31,704 nucleotides of DNA from Octopus bimaculoides (taxonomy: Eukaryota). The notes below the pieces were generated by a model, which was given only the letters and a program-made list of their open reading frames with translations, was not told the origin of the DNA and made no database searches. A program made the translations under genes and the position numbers. Positions 11,216-21,666 of this stretch are shown here, one piece after another; position 1 is the stretch's first letter, and every line of letters starts with the position of its first letter. The DNA is taken from the NCBI RefSeq assembly GCF_001194135.2, contig NC_068985.1, forward strand, positions 18,010,847 to 18,042,550, written 5' to 3'.

Positions 11216-11734
11216 CATTACATCAACATTGACTCATTTTAATGATTCTTTTTAGCAATGGCTTTGCTGGTATATGACAAAGCAGCTAAGATATATATAC
11301 TTATGTATGTATGTATTATTATTATTAAAAACAATGAGTTCTACTGTTTTGTTTCGTCTGGGGATGCATCAGGTCTATGATGTGTCCTCGGGCAGAAAAA
11401 AATGTATTTTCTTGGACTCGTCTTTTTATGAAATATTAACGTACATAAGACCAAACACTTTGAATTTTTTTATTATTATTAGTGGCCTGACCGTGTTTAT
11501 ATGGACAGATAACCTCATGTTGGGTTTTATGAGAGAGATGGGTTCCGACAGGCGTTATCGCCCTAGATACGCTGCATGGCTGCAGCGCTCCAATGACTCC
11601 CAAGAGGTCAAGGGACTTGTCAATCGTCAAGTTTTTAACTATCTTTGGGTTAAACAGAGGCGAATTAGCACAAACGATAGCGAATCAAACAGCAGAGCAC
11701 TGCAATATTTAGCTTCGTTCTTCTATGTTCGAGT

Positions 11735-12000
11735 GATGGCGGGTGGCATAGTGGTTCGGATATTCGGCTCACGATAGTAAGGTCTAGAGTTCGATTGAGC
11801 AAGACAGTTATTTCCTGTTGATCTATTCCAGTCAACTGGCAAAAATGGGTAGTGCTTGTACTTCAAAGATCCAACCTTGTTACATTCTGTGTCACGCTGA
11901 ATCTCCCTGAGAACTCCGTCAAGAGTACGCGTATCTGTGGAGTGCTCAGCCACTTGCGCGTTAATTCCATGAGCAGGCTGTTCCGTTGATCAAATCAACA
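11735..12000 (+). mobile_element. tRNA-derived CORE-like SINE (group C)
   Basis: TGGCATAGTGG box A-like and GAGTTCGATT box B-like motifs, TTGAGCAAGAC core-like motif, GTGGAGTGCTCAGCCACTTGC...GCAGGCTGTTCCGTTGATC tail. Confidence 0.7.
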
Positions 12001-12196
12001 TCTGATAAACATCCTGCAGTATTTAGTTTCATTTCTTCATACTCTGAGTTCAAGTCTCGCCTGAAATGACTGCTCTAATCGACAAAATAAAAGATTGACA
12101 ATGATATACTGGAGTCGATTCAACTGACTAACCCAACTTCTTAAAATGTGACCTTCAGCTTATTTGAAAAAAAAAAAAAAATGAACGTACGAAAAT

Positions 12197-12322
12197 CTTA
12201 TTTAATCGACCCCGAAAGGCAAAGTCGACCTTGGCAGAATTTGAACTCAGAACGCAGCGGCAGACGAAATACCGCTAAGCATTTCGCCGAGCGTACTAAC
12301 GTTTCTGCCAGCTCGCCGCCTT
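12197..12322 (-). mobile_element. SINE group A, 5' half
   Basis: Reverse complement of the GGCGGCGAGCTGGCAGAAACGTTAG head and core. Confidence 0.85.
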
Positions 12323-12412
12323 AAAGCTGAAAATCATTATGTTATAATAGCCGATATAAATGTTGGTCGGTTGATATTTTGTTTTCTTTTTGCAGTTACG
12401 CTTTACATCGTG

Positions 12413-12417
<5 letters not shown>

Positions 12418-12460
<43 letters not shown>

Positions 12461-12464
12461 GAGG

Positions 12465-12504
<40 letters not shown>
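12418..12504 (+). repeat. (GA)n microsatellite
   Basis: Direct reading. Confidence 0.95.
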
Positions 12505-12507
<3 letters not shown>

Positions 12508-13277
12508 AGCATAAGAAGTTAAAGTCGATTGAGAAACATTGTCATTGACAAGCAGTGATAAGGGGATGATTAAGATCATCAAAACTACTTAGTCGTTGGA
12601 TGACACACGTTTACTCACACACATACTCAGATGGATGACACACACATACACGCGCGCGTGCGCACATCACACACACGTAATTACAGTTGAAGTAAAAGAA
12701 TAGATTTGACAAGCAACTCGTAGGAAGAGTTATAGAATTAGTAACTTTACATAGTCACACACACACACACACACACACGCATATTGTGACTGTTTAGCTA
12801 TGGAAACAATGGTATTCTTCTAGAGTCACTTGTCATGTGACGATTACTCGTAATTCAACTGAAAATGTTAAAGCCATTTTTAAACGGAAAAAATAGATCA
12901 ATGTTACGTAATATCACGTTGAGATAATATGAAAATCCAGTTTCCAATTATGGAGTCCTGCACAGATCTAGAGAAAGTGTCCGGAAATATTCTAAAATTG
13001 CTTATTTTATATATGTATCCGAAAGATTTTGATAGATATTCATTATTGGAATTATGTCTAGTATTTAACAAAGAATATATTTAATTCTTTTATGTCCATG
13101 TTCAATCCACTGCAGAACGAAGGCCTCAACACGTTCTCTCCACCAACCATGGTCTAATGTGAGGGCCGTTAATTTGAGTTTAAGATCGTACTGGTTTGAT
13201 GAGCCTAACCGTCACACTGGCTCGACACGGTTTGGTAGAGAGATGCAATTTTCTTTTATACTCATAGCCAGGAGTAT

Positions 13278-13365
13278 AGTTAAGTCGATTACATCGACCC
13301 CAGTATTCAACTAGTACTTATTTTATCGATCCCGAAAGGATGAAAGGCAAAGTCGACCTTGGCGA
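13278..13365 (-). mobile_element. SINE group A core fragment
   Basis: GTCGATTACATCGACCCCAGT...GAAAGGATGAAAGGCAAAGTCGACC. Confidence 0.8.
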
Positions 13366-14275
13366 AGTAAATATATGTATATATATACATACAGAAATCG
13401 ACGTTGCCGTATTCGACATACTAATGTTTTTACACGCCGATGTTCACATTATCTAATTAAGTCTATTCATCAAATTCCCTTCTGTAATTATAATACTGTG
13501 GGCGATAATTGGTTGTATTTGAAAATTTTAAAATTCTGTTTCGACAGAATAAAAATCTCAGTAGCCATTCTTTCTCTGACCATCAATTTCCTTTAAATAG
13601 CCAAGTATTTTATAATTTTATAAATTACCATGTCGACCATTGCTATGCTACATTCCATCATGGCGCTTTGTTGACACTTAAGATTCTTTGTTTAACACGT
13701 GTTCTTCTTGGCTATTTATCACAGATGTTGCGTACACATACAAGAAAACATATCGCACCTCCAGTAGGACTCCAGACAGGAAATGAAAAAAAGAAATAAG
13801 ACATACAGAGCACTGACCTGAGGCTAAACGTTTTACATTTATTTGTGTTTACATTTGCATACATTTAGAGCTTGTTCGTAATGAATGCGCAAAAAATAAA
13901 TTAATCGGATCGTCAAATAACAGTTTTGAAAATAGAAATTTCCAAAACTTTTGACAGTCATATACAAGGTACCTATCTGATACAGTGTCAAAAACGGTTC
14001 ACTGTGAATTTGACATGATAAAATTCATCGCCTGTAATTTCAACGCATACTAAGTACATTGCGATCCAATAAATAAATATTTCGTAAATTCATCGTCATG
14101 CTTTTTATCCGCAGAGTAAATACATCGCTAAACATTATCATAGTCTGTGTAAAATTGTGTATAACAGTGAATAAAATCAATGAAGTTTATATTTGGTGAG
14201 TAAATTTACGTCGCAATTTCATTGACAAGGTAAATGAAATTCGAAGACAAACAAAAAAATTTCATTCTACGATGT

Positions 14276-14430
14276 TTTATCTTTTATGTTTAAACTAATT
14301 TCAGTCATTGAGCTGCAGTCACGCTGGGGTACCACCTTAAAGGATCTTAGTCGAACAGATCGACACCAGTACCTATTTTAAAAATTTCTGGTACTTATTC
14401 TAACAGTCTCTTTTGCCGAACTACTAAGTT
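14276..14430 (-). mobile_element. SINE group B, 3' part
   Basis: Aligns to the 3' halves of 3027-3477 and 16089-16532. Confidence 0.75.
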
Positions 14431-15974
14431 ATGTAGTATATATATATATATATAACAAACCATCACGCTATAAAGCATGAACGTAAACATATTATGCGCA
14501 CACGTACACACACACACACTATAAAAGTACTAGGTATCATACACATCAATACCACAATACATGCCAGTCATAAAAAATATTATTAAAGAATGCAAAACGA
14601 TGCAAAAACATAAAGGCTAACACAGGTCTCACTTTAGGCTAACAGAAAGAAGCGACAGCGATGATATACAAATAATTCAATGATTTTTTTTTTACCGTTT
14701 TATATACGATCCAACAACTACAATCACGAATCTAAGTTTTCTGAGTTTTTATTTCAAAATTAAAATATTATTGTAACCGGTTTTGATGTAAGCAGAAAAT
14801 CGATAACCTATAATGTTGCTTTATTACTAGTAAGCTGCTAAATTGTCGCTTACATCAAAACCGTCATTTTTACTGATCATGCTTTGGTAATTGTTAACCA
14901 AATTAATTATTTGGTAGGTCTCTTTCAAATTGCGACAGAGAAGTTAAAACTGGGATACGGAAAAACGGCAGCAGATACCGCTATGCTGGAAAAACGTTAT
15001 ATATCCTGATAACAGTGGCATTGGGCATTTATAAATTTTTTGTTGTCTAATTCTTGCAGCAACTTCAATTACTTCGAAAAGATTAGAAGAATGCGCTTTA
15101 GTGCAGGCTAATTGTTAACATGACACATCAAGTACACATCTTAAATGGTTCTAGAAATAGCGAGAACTGTGGGTTGGGCGAATTACAAGGATTGGAAAAG
15201 CAGGAAATTTATCTGTAAAGCGTATTTCCTAATTTGTATGGTGTAGCAATATTACAAATCCACAAGCATTATTTATTTAACAATTAACTCTCGTACTAAA
15301 AGTTTTAAACCGTTCAGGTTTGATTTTTGGTACTTGTATTCAAAAGAAGCATGAAAATGTTAATCAAATGCAATTATTAACGAATCTATTAATTTTTAAT
15401 ATATTCTGGAAGATTCAAACATATATATCTGACCGCTGTTGTTTTTCGTCATCGGAGAACATTTCTTCCCCTTTAAAGTATGTTCATAGGACGCGGGATT
15501 CACTGGTGTAAGAGGACTTTAAGACACTGCACTGTTTCGATCTTGCTGTGTGCCTCCTCAGTCCAAGCTACCCCACCGGACTAATAAATCTGACAAGAGC
15601 ATGAGCTCTTGTTTATAGAAATCAGCAAAGAAATTATTTGCTGATGCGTGTTGGTGTCTATCAAGCAGATAATAATTCATGAGGTGCATGTAAAACAATG
15701 AGAATCCAAACAATAATGTATCTATTCGTTCTTAATACGTTGTGGTAAATTCAAATGTGAATATTTGATCATTGTCTCTTGACGAAAAATAGCAGTGTTG
15801 CTAACACAAACATTGTTGATGCAGTAGAAACTCAAACATTTCCCGTGGAAAAACTCCAATGAGCTGACGACTTATTTCAATCTATCTATATTTAATGAAG
15901 AGTGGAGAGATATTACTTGCTGGAAAGACATAGCCAAGATGTATGCGAAGGATCGTTAGCATCACACACGATAC

Positions 15975-16289
15975 AAGTTCATCAGTAATGTCATTAAAAT
16001 GTGTTTTCAGTTCTTTTATCGTTCAACGTTGAGAGTTAGGCTAAAACTAGCAGCCTTTCTTTATTTGGCTCATTAAATCTTTCAGATATTCTTTTACTTG
16101 CTTCAGTCATTTGCCTGTGGCCATGCTGGAGCACTGCCTTGAAGTGTCTTTAGTCGAACAAGTCGGCCCCAGGACTTATTTTTAAAACCTAGTACTTCTT
16201 CTATTGGTCTCGGTTGCCGAACCGCTAAGCTACGAGGACGTAAACACGCCGGTTGTCAAGCGGTGTTGGGGGACAAACACAAACACAAA

Positions 16290-16355
<66 letters not shown>

Positions 16356-18950
16356 TTTACATATCTATGCGACGGGCTTTTTTCAGTTTCCGTCTACCAA
16401 ATCCACTCACAAAGCTTTGGTCGGCCTGAGACTATAGTAGAAGACACTTGCCCAAGGTGTCATGCAGTGAGACTGAACCTGAAAACATGTGGTTGGGAAG
16501 CAAGCTTCTTACCATACAGCTACGCCTGCGCCTGATAAATATGATAAAATCAGTTTCACCTTGCTGAAAGATTGCTCACAACTGACAATTAAAATGCAAT
16601 AGCGAGCATTGCCTGAATAGTTGCTTTCAACTTTAAGAAAACTATTTCATCTCTATGGTGTATTGAGGAACTAAGTTCTGAATGCTTGAGTAAATTTTCA
16701 GAAACATCTCAGAACTTAAGATTTCTTCATAATTCTTAAATCCATCTTTATCAGTACAGCCCCAAAAAGACACAATGAATACTGTTGCATTCATTTAACG
16801 CAAATTCTAATCTTCTAACGCCAAAAAGAAATCCAAAACTTTGAATAAAAATCAAGGAGACCGAAAATTAATTCTTCTACTTCGTTATACAAACGATCAA
16901 TAGATTTTCCATTACGTTTAGTTCGTCTCTCATATCTTTTCGTATCCAAGCGTCTGTCATTTCTTTCTGGGTGCCTTTTTGCTTCATTTTTCCATTCATC
17001 ACAATCCCAACCTAATTTCCCTTCAAGTGATTCACAAGTCAATGATTCTCAACATCTTAAAAAATAACATTAAAGGACACTCATATCATAAGCAGCTTCA
17101 TAAAATTCATGGTTATGCGCTTGAAACCGTTTTTGAATAGGGTAGAAGAATTCTTTTACAAAATTCAAGTGAAACCAAGAAATTAAAAGTCAAAATTTAG
17201 TGAACGTTAGGAAATGGTTGTAAATAGGTTTTATACTCTCAACATGTTTATTCTCTAGAAGAGGAAGTTACATTTTGCTTTTGTTATTTATATCAAACAA
17301 TTTGTGAATTGTCAGTCAACCTTCGTAAGAACAAGGAAATAGATTTGGTCACTGCAAAACACTTGAATGGCTTAGCACTCATGAAAGGGTGCTGTTTCAC
17401 CCAATGAAAGAAAGTGGAAAGAAATCGTTTTAGAAACTAGAAGAACCATTAACAGAGAGCTTCAAGCTCGAATTGCATCATAAAAAAATTAGCGTTACGT
17501 ACTGGCATTAACTGTTTTCAGTTCAATTCACTTGATTTAGTCATTCTTTTTCTGCTCATTTTACCGTTAGCAAAAGCTGAACGATACCATAAAAATTGTT
17601 GTCAAATCTGAATTCGAAACTCGCTGGGGCTTGCAGAATAGAGACTGTGAAGAGAGCTGCTCATGGATATTCTAATATCACAGTGAAACGTTTGCAAAAC
17701 ATGAGTGAGGTTCAAAATGAAAATGTTGATACAAGAGGTAATGTTAAATCAAACGGTTGACTGCTCACGCTTCAACCAAATTAAAGAATAGTGTATAGTT
17801 TATAGAAAGAGCTTTGCAACTGTTTGCATTAATCTTCTGTTGAAGAACGCGTTTATAACCAGTAATAGACGTAGTATAGTCATAGCTTTAAAATCTTCTA
17901 ACGACATGTTTACAAGTTATTCCAAAATTACTTCCGCAAAAGTTGTAGCAACCTTGTGTTTTAATTGGATAAATCCAAGACAAGACACTTTTACAGAAAT
18001 TATTTTCCCCTTAAAATCAATATCAACATAATGAGTAATTTCTTCCATTTCCTTTAGATGTGTTTGATGTGAAGTAGATTCAATCATGAAAATAGAATAT
18101 TTGGCCTTATAAAATTATATGCAATTTCTGACGAACAATAGAAACAATCAACCTGAATATACTCATTCTGCACTAAGGGATATTCCTCTGGGGTGCTTTT
18201 CAACATTTTGGAAATCTTTCATGACAAAATAACGGTTTGGAAAGCAATTCTGGAGATTTTGTAGTGTTATTAAAACACTAACACAACATTTCAAAAATTA
18301 CTTCCCTCTACCTGTCTGTGGGATTCCTTGTGACCACACAATGTAAGGTTTAAAGTTCCTAGCAAAATATTATGTACTGGAAAATTCTATGGAGAACAGA
18401 TCGCTAATTTTTGCTTTTCTGTTGCAATTTGAGCTTAAAGCCCTTTGTTAATAGTTACTCTGTTTTCTAAAACGATTTCTTTCCACTTCCTTTCATTGAG
18501 TGAAGTAGCACACTTCCATGGGTGCTAAGCCATTCTAGTGCTTTGTGATGATCGAATCTATTTTCTTGTTCTTATGAAAACTGACTGATAATTCATGAGC
18601 ATATCAAACAACAAAAGCGAAAGCTACTCCCTCCTTCAGAGAATAAACAAGCCGGAAGCATAAAACTTCTTCAGCCATTTCCAAAGATTCATTAAATTCG
18701 TCTTTCATTCATTGATCGGAGACAAAGGGCCCTTTATTATTTCGAAAATACTTCGAACCCAATATAAACAATTTTATCAGATGTCTGCGGGGCATCTGAT
18801 AAAATTACATTTTTCTTTTATATATTTTACCAAACATCAAGAAACCTACATTGTGATAATGAATATCCCAACATATGTAATATACAAATAATTCTAGCAG
18901 TAACAAGAAATTGCCCGATAATTTTGGAAACTAAAATTGTTGTGAGTTTA
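15975..18950 (-). mobile_element. hAT DNA transposon fossil (TTF zinc finger/DUF4371-type transposase), interrupted by a SINE and rearranged
   Basis: Minus strand: LVYS...FCFCC-like N-terminus (~18700), AKYSIF...GFIQLKHK (~18100-17950), LNFDF...IQKRFQ...FYEAAYD (~17200-17080), SCEQSFSKVKLILSYL (16583-16536). The KSEFETRW motif is on the + strand (17604-17627). TIRs not identified; outer limits approximate. Confidence 0.85.
16089..16532 (-). mobile_element. SINE group B, full length, inserted into the hAT dimerisation-domain region
   Basis: Complete head, core, (CA)n at about 16291-16348, and tail; hAT-like coding resumes on both sides. Confidence 0.92.
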
Positions 18951-19349
18951 TGGGGAAACTACAAAGCATAACTTATTTTGAAACAGTATTTTTTCTGAAT
19001 TTTTTAATTGGGTTGGTGTAAAGTTCACATGATTAGTACTGAAAGAACATCTTTAAAAAAAACTATATTCTTTGTTAGACACGTGATACGTCTTCTACTT
19101 TAAAGGTTGCTATATCTTATCTTCACGTTAAGAAGCAAACAACTTTAACTATGAAACGAAATCGAAGATATAATCAATCTGTATCATTCTGCTATAGGAC
19201 ACTTACGTTGGTAAAGCTTTAACAAATTTTAATATGTTGTACTACTTATGTATTTCCAGGTCAGAGAAAATACATATGATTGAACTTGAACACACAGACC
19301 AGGAGAACAAAGTACAGTGACAGTTCATATATATATATAATTGATTTTT

Positions 19350-19564
19350 TAAAAAAGCGGAGAAAAAAGACAAGGAAAAAACAACAACGCAAGGATGTGG
19401 TACATGCAAAGTATTAACAAGATGCTCAGGAAAGGAAAGAAAGGGTGTTTTACATTTCGAGCAAAGCTCTTCTTCAGAAACAGGAGACAGAGGAAAATCC
19501 AAAAGAAAAGGAAGACGGAGCAAAAAAAATCGCCAACAATCCACATGTAGTTACAGTTGTCGGC
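19350..19564 (-). mobile_element. Solo PLE terminal-repeat-like fragment
   Basis: Colinear homology with 8497-8695 (e.g. AAAAAAATCGCCAAC, GGAAAGGAAAGA, TTTCGAGCA); no RT attached. Confidence 0.8.
19446..19482 (-). ncRNA. Minimal type I hammerhead ribozyme, core intact
   Basis: Minus strand TGTTT-CTGAAGA-A-GAGC-TTT-GCTC-GAAA-TG-TA-AAACA. Stem I 5 bp, stem II 4 bp, extra A after A9, 2-bp stem III, GUA site. Confidence 0.8.
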
Positions 19565-21142
19565 ACCCACCATTTGTATCCGAGTTTGTTTCAGCTGGTG
19601 CTTCCATGATGCTTAAACCTGACATGGGTCAGAAGGTCATGTCGGAAATGAAACAGTATCGGGCATTGATCTCATGGCAGGGCAGATGGTGGTATTGGCT
19701 GGAATTGCTGAACCTTGCATTGCCTTCTTTTTGCTTTTTCTTCAGCTTTTCTCCTCTCCTCAAAAGTGGAACAGCCGAAATGAATTGCTCTTCGCCAGGA
19801 TGGCCGGTCAGCGGCTTTTGTTTTCCAGCTGTTAGGGCTGGCGCTGGCTTGAAGAATGGAAGACTTCAGCTTGTCTTCGAATCTGCGTTTTGGAGTTCTT
19901 TGATGTCGTTTGTCATTGACGAGCTCGCTGTAGAGAATGGGAGTCTTGAAGGAGCCATTCGGATGACATATCCCGACCACTTGAGGCGATGCGTGAGGAT
20001 GATAGCTTCGATGCTTGGCATTTCTGAACGATTGAGAACTTCGTTGTTGGTGCGTCGGTCCTGCCATTTGATGTTGAGGATCTACCGAAGCTTGGCTTGC
20101 TCAAGCTTTTTCAGATCTTTTTGATACAGGGTCCATGTCTCGCAAGCGTAGAGCAAGGTGGAGATGACAACGGAGAACCTGTGGTTGTTGAATACGCTCC
20201 TGGTGAGATTTTCGAAATCCCAATGAGCAGATTTGATGCTGCGGTCGTTGTCTCTTTCGCATGTTCCGAATTGTGAGAGACCGCTGCCGAGGTACTGAAA
20301 GAAGTTGATGACTTCCAGAGGTGTGTCCCCAATGTTAATGGTAACTTCTGACATTTCTTGTCTAGGAACAGACTGTGCAAGCAACTTTGTCTTGTCCACA
20401 TTCACTTCCATCCCAAGAGGTTTGCAAAAGAGGAGGTCGAGGAGACATTGTCGTCTGCATACAGGAAGTCCTTGATGTTGCTATTCGATGTTCTAATTTT
20501 GGATCTCAGGCACGCGACGTTAAAGAGTCCGTCGTCCAGGCGACCAGGTGATAGTGGATGTCAACACCAGGAGAGTTGTGTGGGATCTCGTTGAGCATCA
20601 CCGCGAGGTAGATGGAGAACAGAGTTGGAGTCAGGACGCAGCCTTGTTTCAGGCCTCTGGAGATGAGGAGTAGCTCAGATAGTGCATTACTTGCCACCAG
20701 GAGTTCTGGGTTGCTCTGAGGCGCCTTTGACACATCTGCATTTCTTGTTCGAGGCGTTTCTTGTAGTTTCTCGTCGGGTAGTTTTCGAAAGCAATACGTG
20801 CTACTCTTTTCAGTGAACCAGTCTTGGTTGTAGCGCTTTGAGTAGCCGACGACCTCATCTGCAGCAGATGTTATAGCGTTACGCAGAGTGTTCCAATCAT
20901 TCGGTGAAGGATTCCCGTTCTGCCTTTCTCTCAGAAGCTGGTTGACTACTGCTTGGAAGGCTCGGGATGTTACTGGGTCCTTCAGTTTGCGACAGTCGTA
21001 CCTCGCTTTGCGCTTTTGAGTATTGGGGTACTGAGAGGATGGATAGAAAATTTGAGTCGAGAGATCACAAGCCGGTGATCGGTCCCGTATTCAACAACGC
21101 CTGGCAAGGACCTGGTAACCCTCACGTCCTTCCTGTTTCGAA
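19565..21142 (-). mobile_element. RTE-clade LINE, 5'-truncated and internally deleted
   Basis: End of APE endonuclease (DVRVTR...TDHRLVISRLKF), GLKQGCVLTPTLFSIY, FLYADD, FQYLGS, LLYACETW, ADRPSWR and a terminal C2H2-like motif. N-terminal RT domains are missing at about 20695. Confidence 0.9.
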
Positions 21143-21144
21143 TC

Positions 21145-21430
21145 TTTGTCAACCCATAATCCAGAATTTGCGAGTGTTTTGACTTCGGATGTGGCTAATC
21201 CCAAATTTTATTTTGTTTTGTGGGAGTAACTGTTTTCTCGAAGGCACATCTTGTCGTAATTGCTCGAACTGTGGAGTAGATAAACAGCCGACAACTGATG
21301 AAGGGACGTTCTTTATGTTACTTGTCTTGTTTACCATTTGTTTCTTTCGTTGTTTGCATAAAAAGTTCGTATTTCATGTTGTTTACGTTTCATGACGTCC
21401 TGTACCCATATATGCATATATATATATACA
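21145..21430 (+). mobile_element. Unclassified ~290 bp repeat carrying a permuted hammerhead-like motif
   Basis: Shares CTGATGAA..G.A.GTTCT.TATGT and GTCCTGTACCCA(T/G)ATATGCA (19/20 nt; 21397-21416 vs 30294-30275), followed by a TA-rich run, with the copy at about 30170-30540. Confidence 0.7.
21245..21310 (+). ncRNA. Hammerhead-like motif in non-circular strand order (III3'-UH-I5' / II3'-GAAA-III5' / I3'-CUGAUGA-II5')
   Basis: CACA-T-C-TTGTCG ... GCTC-GAAC-TGTG ... CGACAA-CTGATGA-A-GGGAC. Stems TTGTCG/CGACAA, CACA/TGTG and CTC/GGG. A15.1 is C in this copy. Confidence 0.6.
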
Positions 21431-21438
21431 TATACATA

Positions 21439-21666
<228 letters not shown>

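Noticed and set aside
11274-11777. 167-aa ORF
   Set aside because: No recognisable motif, starts in low-complexity sequence and runs into a SINE head; no splice or codon support.
18128-18150. CTGACGA...GAAACAATC motif
   Set aside because: No stem II or stem III pairing; it is the antisense of hAT coding sequence.
19554-21297. 11-bp inverted match CAGTTGTCGGC (19554-19564) / GCCGACAACTG (21287-21297) bracketing the RTE
   Set aside because: Short enough to be chance; the two sites belong to different repeats and there is no TSD or TIR context.
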